From assembly GCA_030830695.1 (NCBI GenBank), contig JAURML010000026.1, forward strand, positions 20,372-84,371: DNA of 64,000 nucleotides, in the 5' to 3' direction. Every line of letters begins with the position of its first letter. The stretch's first letter is position 1. The notes beneath the pieces are model-generated. The model was not told the origin of the DNA. It made no database searches and saw only the letters and a program-made list of their open reading frames with translations. Made by a program: the position numbers and the translations under genes. This document shows, one piece after another, positions 1 to 9,199 of this stretch. The stretch comes from Caenibius sp. (GTDB lineage: Bacteria; Pseudomonadota; Alphaproteobacteria; Sphingomonadales; Sphingomonadaceae).

Positions 1-849
1 CCTGCGCTCCTGCAACTGAAGGACATTCCCAGGGGAACGGCGCCGGCGCAATCGCTGTTCAACGGTCAGGATCTCTCGGCCTGGGACAGCTGGCTGGGCG
101 TTGCCGACCCTAAAAAGACCTATACCCGGGACAACGGCGAACCGGGCGGCCTCAACAATGATCCGGCACATGTTTTCAGCGTGGTGCAGACCGACGGCGC
201 GCCAGCGATCCTGATCAACGGCAAGCAGTGGGGCGCGCTGATCAGCCGCCAGCCCTATTCCAGCTATCACCTGCGCCTCCAGTTCAAGTGGGGCGAAGGC
301 AAGTGGATGAAGGGGTTCGAGCGCAACAGCGGGATCGTCTATCATTCCCACGGCGAATACGGCGCCTTCTTCAAGACCTTCATGTCGGGGATCGAGTTCG
401 AGATCGTGCCGCACATGGTGGGCATGCTGTTCAAGGTCGGGCCGGGTAACGATATCATGAAGCTGACCGATACCCAGGTGGGCGCCAACGCGCTGGCCGG
501 GAAGGATGCCAGCCTCCCCTATCCCTCGCGCCGCTACTCGCCGCTGGGCAAGCTCGTGCCGCTGAAATACCCCGCGGTCAACGTGATGTCGGCGACGGAT
601 GCGGAAAAGCCACTGGGCGAATGGAACACGCTGGATCTCTACACGGTGGGCAATCGCTCCATCCACGTGGTAAACGGGGTGCCGGTGATGGCCGCGCAGG
701 ATTTCACCACCACCGATGGCTCCACCGGTAAGCCCAGGCCGCTGACGGGTGGCCGTATCCAGCTGCAATCGGAGGGTGCTGAGATCTATTTCCGCGATAT
801 CACGATCGAACCGATCAGGCGGCTGCCCCGGATCGTGGTCAGTCGCTGA
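1..849 (+). CDS. DUF1080 / 3-keto-disaccharide-hydrolase-like domain protein; 5' end lies outside the window
   Basis: Frame 1 is open from base 1 (..LFNGQDLSAWDSW..) into ORF 181..849. The C-terminal 'GRIQLQSEGAEIYFRDITIEP' is the typical DUF1080 signature. Third codon positions are GC-rich. Confidence 0.6.
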   Translation, partial: PALLQLKDIPRGTAPAQSLFNGQDLSAWDSWLGVADPKKTYTRDNGEPGGLNNDPAHVFSVVQTDGAPAILINGKQWGALISRQPYSSYHLRLQFKWGEGKWMKGFERNSGIVYHSHGEYGAFFKTFMSGIEFEIVPHMVGMLFKVGPGNDIMKLTDTQVGANALAGKDASLPYPSRRYSPLGKLVPLKYPAVNVMSATDAEKPLGEWNTLDLYTVGNRSIHVVNGVPVMAAQDFTTTDGSTGKPRPLTGGRIQLQSEGAEIYFRDITIEPIRRLPRIVVSR

Positions 850-947
850 CCCTGCATACGATACTATGCTCAGGAAGGCGGGGCCAAATAGATCTAGTCC
901 GGCTGTTTCGAGCTCTCTAACTGATTGTTCTGGTTGATCGGCTAAAT

Positions 948-1724
948 TCAATTACGGTTAGTCGGACGCTTCTTCCAGCCACTGCCATGATCCAGGCTGC
1001 CGAACATCCAATCAAACATTGGAGTTATTGTGGCGTAATTCCCCCCAGTGAACTTCGCATGATGGTAGTGATGCATTCGAGACAAGAAAGCAAAATAGCG
1101 GAACGGGAAGCGGTCAGTATCCCAAAGAGCATGGTTGTGATTATTGACCGCACCATAGATCATGAAGGCCACGGTTAACGACGCAACACTGAACGGCCCC
1201 ATGATCTGCGCCATTATGAGGACTACGATGAGAAACAGGCCAAGTCCTAATACAAGTTCGATAGGATGGAGATAGGTCGAATCTTTGGTGCAGGGCACGT
1301 GTTGCCGATGGTGTACGGCATGAATTGAGCGCAGCGGGCCGCCAATGAAACCATTATCATGAAAAATAAAGCGATGCAAAAAATAATATAGAAAGTCGTA
1401 GACCATCAATATTACAGTAATGTCAATTACTATGCACCATATCTCAGGAGTTTTTTCGGTAAGACAAAATGGAAATACAGAAGTAATGGCGAACAGAACG
1501 CCAATTAGACTCAATCTTTGATTGAATTTCTGCTTTTTTGCATAGGACTCCTTCTTCATCTTCATTTTGAACGACTCGGCATTTTGATCGAATGACTGGC
1601 GGAATACCGGTATCAGCCTCAAGAAGCGCATCCCCAGAATGGATAACACCACATAGGCTAATGCCATGGCCAGCGAAGCCTTCCATTGATAATTCGCTGA
1701 AATCCAGTCGAGCAGCGGCTGCAC
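948..1724 (-). CDS. Fatty-acid hydroxylase / sterol desaturase family integral-membrane di-iron oxygenase
   Basis: 258-aa ORF with several hydrophobic segments. It carries His-box motifs HRFIFH, HAVHHRQH, HNHALW and MHHYHH. The gene lies in a visibly AT-rich patch. Confidence 0.75.
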   Translation of the reverse strand: MQPLLDWISANYQWKASLAMALAYVVLSILGMRFLRLIPVFRQSFDQNAESFKMKMKKESYAKKQKFNQRLSLIGVLFAITSVFPFCLTEKTPEIWCIVIDITVILMVYDFLYYFLHRFIFHDNGFIGGPLRSIHAVHHRQHVPCTKDSTYLHPIELVLGLGLFLIVVLIMAQIMGPFSVASLTVAFMIYGAVNNHNHALWDTDRFPFRYFAFLSRMHHYHHAKFTGGNYATITPMFDWMFGSLDHGSGWKKRPTNRN

Positions 1725-1837
1725 TATCTTCTCCGGTCAAATCAGATGCAGACATACCAAGCATCAAAAGTCCCAACTTAAGCTGCCTGGCAGACCTGTC
1801 AATAATTTTACGTATCGTAAATTTATTTGATCTAGGT

Positions 1838-2509
1838 TCACCTTCCGAGTACGCCGTTCAGCAGGATGTCAACGCACTCCTCAGCTGCAAGCTGGCGAGA
1901 TTCAGGGCCGGTGTCCGCCCGCATCAAGTTGCGCAGGGTCAACCAGCCCGAGACCATCTCGATCAGCTTTTTTGCGACAATCTCACGGTTTTCGGGGGTC
2001 AGATGCAGAGCTTCCGGCGCTCCGTCAATTTGCCTGACGACAAGACTAAAGCTGTGGCCAAGCAGGATGCGTGAGAAGATTTGCGCCACTTCCGGGAAGC
2101 GCTCGCCTTCCTTGAGCACGAAATTTCCGAACATGCGCATTTCGGGCTCTGCCAGAAAATCGAGCGTGGTTCTCGCGAACAGCGTTAGTCGTTCAGACAA
2201 AGTACCTGTCAGGTTTTCTTCCACCGGAGAACGGGCCGCCCAGGCGCTGAGCCTGTCCTCGAGAACGGCGGCGAAAAGAGCCGACTTGTCATTGAAACGA
2301 GCATAGAAGGTCGGTTTGGAAACACCTGCAAAGGCCGCAATTGCCTCGATCGTAGCCTTGTCATACCCTTGTTCAAGGAAGGTTAGCCGAGCCGCATCAA
2401 GCAGCGCCCGATTGATATCAGCGGCGTCAGCAAGCGTTGGCCGACCGCGCGTACGCACGCCCCCCCTTGTCTGCAGTTTTGCTGGTCCAGCCTTTGCCAA
2501 CGCGACCAA
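1838..2509 (-). CDS. TetR/AcrR family transcriptional regulator
   Basis: N-terminal HTH 'ATIEAIAAFAGVSKPTFYARFNDKSALF'; about 220 aa, typical TetR size. Confidence 0.85.
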   Translation of the reverse strand: MVALAKAGPAKLQTRGGVRTRGRPTLADAADINRALLDAARLTFLEQGYDKATIEAIAAFAGVSKPTFYARFNDKSALFAAVLEDRLSAWAARSPVEENLTGTLSERLTLFARTTLDFLAEPEMRMFGNFVLKEGERFPEVAQIFSRILLGHSFSLVVRQIDGAPEALHLTPENREIVAKKLIEMVSGWLTLRNLMRADTGPESRQLAAEECVDILLNGVLGR

Positions 2510-2591
2510 TTCCCTTGCATTAAAGCGCCACTCAGGCTGACGTTATGTTGGCACTTCGAGACTGTGACTGCGCGGCATACGAACCAAGACT

Positions 2592-3116
2592 TCAAACATT
2601 GTGTGACGGCGGAACCGCCAGAGCCCACTCACCACGCAATGATTCGCAAGCTGCCGCTGCCTTGTCCCAGAAAGCCGCGCCCTTGGCCAGATTGACGAAA
2701 TTGAAATTCGTCTCATGTCGAATTTCCAGTACTTCCACACCCTGATCGCCTACCGAGTAGCGATAGGGTACTCCCGCCGGAACAAAAAAACTGTCCCGCG
2801 AGCCGAGATCTTCCGTTCCCAGACGCAAGCCGCCGGATACAATATAGTAGAGGCAATCGGAATCGTGGCTGTGAAGCGGCAACGGATAGCCCTTTTTGAA
2901 CCATGCGTGGGTGAGGCTGAACCCGGGTAAGCTGACCAGCACCTTGACCTCATCGCCATCCAACATGCCGGCGGCGATTGCCTTGTCCATGCCCGCTCTT
3001 TGCAAGTCATTGTAAGGCTCGATGTGCATGTGCCCGGATTGCATCAGTCCGGGGGCATCCGCAGCACGGAAAATCGATATGCCGGCATGAGCGGCCTTTA
3101 CAAAATCTGATGACAT
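2592..3116 (-). CDS. Cupin-domain protein
   Basis: 'PLPLHSHDSDCLYYIVSGGLRLG' followed by 'VPAGVPYRY' matches the two cupin motifs; 174 aa. Confidence 0.6.
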   Translation of the reverse strand: MSSDFVKAAHAGISIFRAADAPGLMQSGHMHIEPYNDLQRAGMDKAIAAGMLDGDEVKVLVSLPGFSLTHAWFKKGYPLPLHSHDSDCLYYIVSGGLRLGTEDLGSRDSFFVPAGVPYRYSVGDQGVEVLEIRHETNFNFVNLAKGAAFWDKAAAACESLRGEWALAVPPSHNV

Positions 3117-3262
3117 CGTGGGGTTCCAGCTATGTTCATTGTTGTGAGGGTGAACCTATGCGATACGCAAGAATAAAGCAATTCAGCTTCCTCTTTTACT
3201 GTTCGGGTGCCAGGCCCCCTTCCGCTGTGGACACCTTCGCAGGACGATTGTAGCCTACCGTC

Positions 3263-3883
3263 ATGATAACTTCAGAACCACGATCTCAGGCAAGTCCACT
3301 GTCGGTTGTCCGCCGCAAATTTACCAAAAAGCATATATGCCATATCGCTAACGAGCTGATGGTCGAACATGGCTTTGCAGGCGTGACGATGGAGCAGATC
3401 GCAACTGCCGCAGGTATCACTCGTTCCACGCTCTACAATTATTTCCGCGACAAGAGTGCTATTCTCGAAGCTATCGCCGAAGATTACATCGACGCTCTGC
3501 TACCAGTCATAGAACGACTGCCAAGTCCGACTGCCAACGCTGAGCAGGTACGCATCTGGATTGGCGAATACGCGCAGTTTGTTTCGGATAACCCTGCCCC
3601 AGCCGAACTGGTAATGGCTGTCAGTCTGAAGCTCGACCCTCCACCGGTGATGCAAACGTTCGGGCACAAGGTAATGGCCGCATTGGCACGACGCTCACCT
3701 GCTTTTGCTTCAGCATTGTGCCCCGGGGAAGATTTTCGGCTTGCATGGGCGAGAGCCACGCTTGCGGTACTTGGATCAGCACTGACTTTCGCAGCCAAGC
3801 ACGGGCATTCGGCTGAGGCTCAAAGCAAATTGGATGTTGCAGCTATGCTGTTCACCCGTTTTCTGCACGACGAACGCCAATGA
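3263..3883 (+). CDS. TetR/AcrR family transcriptional regulator
   Basis: HTH 'GVTMEQIATAAGITRSTLYNYFRDKSAIL'; divergent from the cupin gene. Confidence 0.8.
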   Translation: MITSEPRSQASPLSVVRRKFTKKHICHIANELMVEHGFAGVTMEQIATAAGITRSTLYNYFRDKSAILEAIAEDYIDALLPVIERLPSPTANAEQVRIWIGEYAQFVSDNPAPAELVMAVSLKLDPPPVMQTFGHKVMAALARRSPAFASALCPGEDFRLAWARATLAVLGSALTFAAKHGHSAEAQSKLDVAAMLFTRFLHDERQ

Positions 3884-3942
3884 CCGGCTGGGCCGCTCCC
3901 AGACGGGCCTAGATTCGGGCCCGCCTGAGAGGTTCTGCCACA

Positions 3943-5106
3943 TCAAACCAGCAGCGGGTCGCCCATGCGGGCAAAGGCATCTTCTGCCGATTTGCCCAGG
4001 AACTTCTCACGCAGAACCGGGTCCAGGTTAGCGAGACTTTCGCCATAAAGCGTCACGGGATCGGCGCTGCCTTCTGGATGCGGGAAGTCCGACGACCAGA
4101 CGATCATGTCCGGCTCGGCCTGGAGGATCTGCAGTGCATTGACATCACCCAAGCCCGGAAGGGGTGAGACCAGAACCTGCTGGCGCAACATGTCGACTGC
4201 GTTTCGCTCGTAGGGCCAGTCACCGAACATGTTGGGATAGGTCAGCATCTGCATGCGGCCCATGTAAGTGGGCAACCAGAAGGCGAACAACTCGGCGATA
4301 AGCACCGTCAGCTTGGGGTGGCGGTCAAATACACCACCGAATGTAAGCGCCGACAGGAACAGCTCGGCAGCCTGGTAACGCTGGCTGTTGGCCATGCGCA
4401 GGAAAGCCGAGGCATAGCCGGGATCGCTGAAATCGCCCCCCATCCGGCCCCAATCGCCAAACAGTGCGGGAGCAAGGCCGACGTGAACGCTCACGATCAT
4501 GCCAAGCTCGACGAGTTTGGCCCAAAGCCGGTCGAAATGCGGATGCGCCAATGACATCCCGTTGACCGGCTCCGCCATGATCGAGAACGCCCGGCTGCCG
4601 CGAGCCCGCATCCGCTCCAGTTCAGCCAGGGTCCAGTCCAGGTCATTGAGATCGGCATAGGTAACCAGGCCAACACGATTCGCCGCGCTGCCGATTTCGT
4701 CCATAACCGCGTCGTTGGCTTCACGAATGAATTCATGGCGAAGCTTCTGGTCCTCGATCAGGCTGGCGGCGCCGCCGAAGCTGGGGCCATTGGTGATCGA
4801 ATAATCGATGCCGACCCGGTTCATCCATTCCAGCCTGTCCGGCACGGTGCAAGCCTGGCGGAACCCCTCGAAGTGCTCGGGAACGATCGTCCGCTCACCA
4901 TTTGCCCGGACTCTCTCCGGGAAAATTTTCTCCATTCGCGGGCGTTCATCTTTCGGCATTGCGGCCATAATGTCTGCAGCAATGAAGAAGGCAAACAGAT
5001 CGGGTTCGGAAGGGAAGTGCGGGGTAAACCGCTTTAGAGGGCCACGATCAATGTGAAACTCCCAATCCACCGTCCAATGGCTGTCAACGTCAATGACCAT
5101 GCTCAT
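3943..5106 (-). CDS. Amidohydrolase_2 (ACMSD/LigW/LigI-type metal-dependent hydrolase/decarboxylase) family protein
   Basis: N-terminal 'VIDVDSHW' metal motif and C-terminal 'WSSDFPHPEG'. Start placed at the ATG at 5106, preceded by AAGGAG; the ORF table extends to 5136. Confidence 0.75.
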   Translation of the reverse strand: MSMVIDVDSHWTVDWEFHIDRGPLKRFTPHFPSEPDLFAFFIAADIMAAMPKDERPRMEKIFPERVRANGERTIVPEHFEGFRQACTVPDRLEWMNRVGIDYSITNGPSFGGAASLIEDQKLRHEFIREANDAVMDEIGSAANRVGLVTYADLNDLDWTLAELERMRARGSRAFSIMAEPVNGMSLAHPHFDRLWAKLVELGMIVSVHVGLAPALFGDWGRMGGDFSDPGYASAFLRMANSQRYQAAELFLSALTFGGVFDRHPKLTVLIAELFAFWLPTYMGRMQMLTYPNMFGDWPYERNAVDMLRQQVLVSPLPGLGDVNALQILQAEPDMIVWSSDFPHPEGSADPVTLYGESLANLDPVLREKFLGKSAEDAFARMGDPLLV

Positions 5107-5268
5107 GCAAAATCTCCTTGCCCTGCAGACGTCCAAGTCTGAAATGGACGCTTTGTAAAGTTATTGAACACTATGTCCGATATTCCACTACCACCAGCGA
5201 TGCTTTGAGTCTAGTATGGCCTTGAATGATAGGAATCAGCGCCGGAACAGAGCGGTGAAACAATATCG

Positions 5269-5278
5269 AGTCCGGACT
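5269..5278. promoter_or_regulatory. Candidate operator: perfect 10-bp palindrome AGTCCGGACT in a divergent promoter region
   Basis: Read directly from the sequence, between amidohydrolase (-) and alcohol dehydrogenase (+). A second inverted repeat ACGTCCA-N9-TGGACG lies at 5129..5150. Function is not demonstrated. Confidence 0.25.
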
Positions 5279-5317
5279 TAAACAGGCGCTTGGCCACACC
5301 ATGAAGAGGGGAAACTT

Positions 5318-6334
5318 ATGCAGGTTCAAACAGTAGCGCGCCTTCGCGGCCCGCGCGAGATCGGTCCGGAGCAAATCGAACTGCCGACATGCGGGCCGGA
5401 TGACATTATTCTTGGTGTCGTGGCCTGCGGCATCTGCGGGACCGACCTCTCTATGTATAAGGAAGGGCCTTCGCTGCCCGGTGCTATCCTCGGTCACGAA
5501 TTTGTCGGCCGGATCGATCAGGTAGGCGGCAATATCGGGAGCTTGACAGTCGGCCAGCGGGTCGTGGTAAATCCCATGCACAATGGCCTGGGTCTCGGGC
5601 GCACCCCCGGAGCGTTCGCACGGCAGGTGCGGGTCACCAAACCCGTGCTGGATGAAAGCATATTTGCGCTGCCAGACGAGCTTGATGATGATCAGGGAGC
5701 GCTGGTCGAGCCATTCTCGGTCGCATTGCACGCGATCAACAACGGCCGCGTCGACGCATCCGATCGCGCTGTAGTTTTTGGGGCGGGCACGATCGGTCTA
5801 TGTGTTGTTGCGGGTCTCCGTGCCCGCGGGGTACAGGATATTCTGGTGATCGATCCTAGCGAGTTGCGCCGGAATATCGCAACAAAGTTGGGCGCATCCG
5901 CAGTGCTGGATCCAAGAGACGGGGATGCGATCGAGTTTATAGCAGATCATTTCGGCCAAGACACGCTGAGCTTCGGCGGTGACCTGCGGTTATCGAAGGC
6001 AACGGTCGCTTTCGACTGCGCAGGCGCGCGAATAGTTCCAAAGCAGGCAATTCACGCACTTGCCCCTCGAGGCCGTCTGGTACTCGTCGCAGATCCGCAT
6101 GACATTCCGCTGGACGATCTGCGACTGGTCATGCTGCGCGAATTGACGGTTGTAGGAGCACTTGCCTACGATCTTGAGTTTAGCGAGGCGATCACCCTGC
6201 TGGCGTCCCGTGCAGTTGATCTTAAGCCGTTAATCACTCATCGTTTCGCTTTGACGGATATCGCCAAAGCCTTTGAAGTGCAGTTAGATGCGAGTGCGTC
6301 AATCAAGGTGATTATAGATCCCGTCCCGGGTTGA
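5318..6334 (+). CDS. Zn-dependent alcohol dehydrogenase (MDR superfamily)
   Basis: 'GICGTDLSMY', 'GHEFVGRI' and Rossmann motif 'VFGAGTIGL'. RBS GAGGGG lies upstream of the ATG. Confidence 0.85.
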   Translation: MQVQTVARLRGPREIGPEQIELPTCGPDDIILGVVACGICGTDLSMYKEGPSLPGAILGHEFVGRIDQVGGNIGSLTVGQRVVVNPMHNGLGLGRTPGAFARQVRVTKPVLDESIFALPDELDDDQGALVEPFSVALHAINNGRVDASDRAVVFGAGTIGLCVVAGLRARGVQDILVIDPSELRRNIATKLGASAVLDPRDGDAIEFIADHFGQDTLSFGGDLRLSKATVAFDCAGARIVPKQAIHALAPRGRLVLVADPHDIPLDDLRLVMLRELTVVGALAYDLEFSEAITLLASRAVDLKPLITHRFALTDIAKAFEVQLDASASIKVIIDPVPG

Positions 6335-6469
6335 GCAACGACGCCCAAACGCACTTTCGCAGCGGCAAAGACAATCAAATAACTCTATTGACAATTTTCC
6401 TTCACGGCCATAGCCGCCAAAGCAATGCGTGCCCTGGTGCGGTAACAGCTAAGTAATGGAGAATTTACG

Positions 6470-7714
6470 ATGGGCGAAGCCTATATCATAGACGCTTGCC
6501 GGACGCCGCGAGCAATCGGAAAGCCTGGCAAGGGCGCGTTCTCCGGCGTGCACCCGCAGCATTTGGGCGCTGCAGTGCTGAGCGCCATTGCCGAGCGCAA
6601 CGGACTCAACACCGCCGACGTCGACGACATCATCTGGGGCGTCAGCGCCCAGTTGGGTGGACAGGCAAGCGTGCTAGGTCGCATGGCCGCGCTCGATGCG
6701 GGTTATGATATGAAGGCCAGTGGCATCGCGATTAACCGCTTCTGCGGATCTGGCATTTCTGCAGTTGCGCTTGGTGCGGCGCAAATCATTGCCGGAATGG
6801 AAGATCTGATCGTCGCGGGCGGGACCGAGATGATGTCTGTGATTGCCGAACAGGGTGCTCAATCGAAGGGCGAAGTGCCGATGATGGACGTCGGCAATCT
6901 GCGCCTGCGCGAAAAATGGCCGCAATCACATCAGGGGCTGTGCGCCGATGCCATCGCTTCTATGGAAGGGATTACCCGCGAGGCGCTCGATGCGCTCGGC
7001 CTGGAAAGCCAGCGCCGGGCCGATATTGCGATTCGCGAAGGCCGCTTCAGCCACAGCCTGGTGCCGGTTTACCGGGAAGACGGCAGCTTGGCGCTTGACC
7101 GCGACGAATATCCGCGCCCTTCGACCACCGCCGAAGGGCTTGCAGAGCTGAAGCCGGCCTTCGCCATGCTCGCCGACATGCCTCTTAACGCCGAGGGCAT
7201 GACCTTCCGTTCGCTGATCCTCAAGCGCTTCCCCGATCTCAAGATCGACTTCTTCCACCATGCCGGCAGCTCGTCGGGCGTGGTCGATGGAGCAGCGGCG
7301 GTGTTGCTGGCCTCGCCCGAATATGCCCGTGCCCACGGCCTCAAACCCCGCGCGCGGATTGTTGCTTCTGCCAATATGGGCGATGATCCGACCCTGATGC
7401 TGAATGGCCCGGTTCCCGCAGCGCGCAAGGTGCTGGAGCGAGCCGGCCTGACCGTGGATGACATCGACCTGTTCGAGGTCAACGAAGCCTTCGCAGTGGT
7501 GGTCGAAAAGTTCATCCGGGACCTGAACATCGACCGCGATAAGATCAACGTCAACGGCGGCGCAATCGCGCTGGGCCATCCGATCGGCGCGACTGGCGCG
7601 GTCCTGATCGGCACCGTGCTCGACGAGTTGGAGCGGCGCGATCTCAAGCGCGGCCTGGTCACTATGTGCGCCGCCGGTGGCATGGCCCCAGCAATCATCA
7701 TCGAACGAGTCTAA
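6470..7714 (+). CDS. Acetyl-CoA C-acyltransferase (thiolase)
   Basis: Active-site motifs 'NRFCGSG', 'NVNGGAIALGHPIGATG' and 'CAAGGMAPA'. RBS GGAGAA upstream. Confidence 0.9.
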   Translation: MGEAYIIDACRTPRAIGKPGKGAFSGVHPQHLGAAVLSAIAERNGLNTADVDDIIWGVSAQLGGQASVLGRMAALDAGYDMKASGIAINRFCGSGISAVALGAAQIIAGMEDLIVAGGTEMMSVIAEQGAQSKGEVPMMDVGNLRLREKWPQSHQGLCADAIASMEGITREALDALGLESQRRADIAIREGRFSHSLVPVYREDGSLALDRDEYPRPSTTAEGLAELKPAFAMLADMPLNAEGMTFRSLILKRFPDLKIDFFHHAGSSSGVVDGAAAVLLASPEYARAHGLKPRARIVASANMGDDPTLMLNGPVPAARKVLERAGLTVDDIDLFEVNEAFAVVVEKFIRDLNIDRDKINVNGGAIALGHPIGATGAVLIGTVLDELERRDLKRGLVTMCAAGGMAPAIIIERV

Positions 7715-7757
7715 TGGTCAGGAGGGCCGCGCGCCTTCCCTTAAACTTGCAGTTACG

Positions 7758-7794
7758 AAAAAGGACGGTGCGACCTGGTCACCCCGTCCTTTTT
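7758..7794. terminator. Bidirectional stem-loop terminator between convergent genes
   Basis: AAAAAGGACGG-N15-CCGTCCTTTTT: complementary GGACGG/CCGTCC arms flanked by an A-tract and a T-tract. It sits between thiolase (+) and amidohydrolase (-). Confidence 0.5.
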
Positions 7795-7813
7795 ACTGCC
7801 GCGAAACGGGCGA

Positions 7814-9139
7814 TCAGACCTCTTCGGTCTCCTCGTGCTTCGAGAACATGTACATGATGTCGCGCGAGAGCACGGGACGTGGCTTTTCGCCCGGGGCCAG
7901 CGGAGATGCGCCGCCGCTGGAGATGAGCGTAGTATCGACCCCGGCAGCAGCTGCCTGGGCCCGCAACGCGCCGACATTCAGCGTTTCGCGCGGGTGGTGA
8001 TCGAACATCGGGAAATCATAGAGCCGCATGGCATTGCGGTGCGTGATCTTGTCGATCTGCTCGTCGGTCAGATGCTTGATCGTATCCCACAGCAGTTCGG
8101 GCGCATTGGGCCAGGGCGCGTCGGAGTGGGGATAGTCTACTTCGAACATCACACTGTCTTCGCCTATCTTGTCGATGTTCTGCAGGCCATAGGCATCGAT
8201 CAGGAAGCAGCTGGAAAAGTTGCGGCGAAACACTTCGCTCGGCTTCATGCCGTTGAGGTACTGCTTCGAATGGGTCCAGGCGGAATGCTGTTCATGGGTG
8301 TAGTCGGCCCGTTCAAGCAGGTAGGGAATCCAGCCGATCCCGCTTTCCGACAGGATGATCTTGAGCTCGGGGTGGCGGTGCAGCGCTTCCATGTGCATCC
8401 AGTCCGCCGCGCCCGACGAAACCGCCATCGGCATGGTAGTGATCCACGCCTCGATCGGCGATTCCTCAGAGCAATGGGGCGATTGGTTGCCGGTGCCGAT
8501 GTGGAGGTTGATCGTGGTCCCGGTCTCGCAGGCAACCTTCCACAACGGCTCCCAGTAATCACTGTGCGCGCTGGGCAGACCCGACTTGGTGGGGTTTTCG
8601 CTCATGGTGATAGCAAAGCAGCCCTTGTCGGCCAAGCGGCGGACCTCCTTGACCGTTTCGGCCATGTCCCAGAACGGCAGGATGCCGAGCGGGATGAACC
8701 GGCCGGGATAGGCACCGCACCACTCATCGACGTGCCAGTCGTTGTAGGCCCGCAGGTGCGTGAGAGCGAGCTGCTTGTTCGGCGCCATCAGGAAACGGGC
8801 ACCATCCATCATCGCCATGCTGGGGAAATTCAGCGAAGCGGCGATGCCGTTGATGTTCATGTCCTCGATGCGGGCATGAACGTCGTAGCAGCCCTTGCGC
8901 AGCTGCGATAATGCAGTCGGCTCATAGCCGTATTCCTCCTTGACCCGGCCGGTGACCGCGTTGAGCGCCACCGAGGGGATCATCTGGCCCTGATATTCCC
9001 AATAGTTCTTGCCCGTCGGCGAAGTGCGCAGCTTGGGCGCCGATGCCAGGGCTTCGCCCGAAAGCTGGTTGTCGAACATGTTGCCGGGTTCGGTGATATG
9101 ATCATCGACGCTGACGATCACCATGTCGTTCATCTGCAT
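7814..9139 (-). CDS. Amidohydrolase_2 family protein (large, 441 aa)
   Basis: N-terminal 'VSVDDHITEP' and later 'EVDYPHSD', typical of this metal-dependent hydrolase/decarboxylase family. RBS AAAGGAGAG upstream. Confidence 0.75.
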   Translation of the reverse strand: MQMNDMVIVSVDDHITEPGNMFDNQLSGEALASAPKLRTSPTGKNYWEYQGQMIPSVALNAVTGRVKEEYGYEPTALSQLRKGCYDVHARIEDMNINGIAASLNFPSMAMMDGARFLMAPNKQLALTHLRAYNDWHVDEWCGAYPGRFIPLGILPFWDMAETVKEVRRLADKGCFAITMSENPTKSGLPSAHSDYWEPLWKVACETGTTINLHIGTGNQSPHCSEESPIEAWITTMPMAVSSGAADWMHMEALHRHPELKIILSESGIGWIPYLLERADYTHEQHSAWTHSKQYLNGMKPSEVFRRNFSSCFLIDAYGLQNIDKIGEDSVMFEVDYPHSDAPWPNAPELLWDTIKHLTDEQIDKITHRNAMRLYDFPMFDHHPRETLNVGALRAQAAAAGVDTTLISSGGASPLAPGEKPRPVLSRDIMYMFSKHEETEEV

Positions 9140-9199
9140 GATACTGCTCTCCTTTGAGATTGCAGCTGGGCCAGGCCGCTCGCCCGCCCAGCTATGAGG

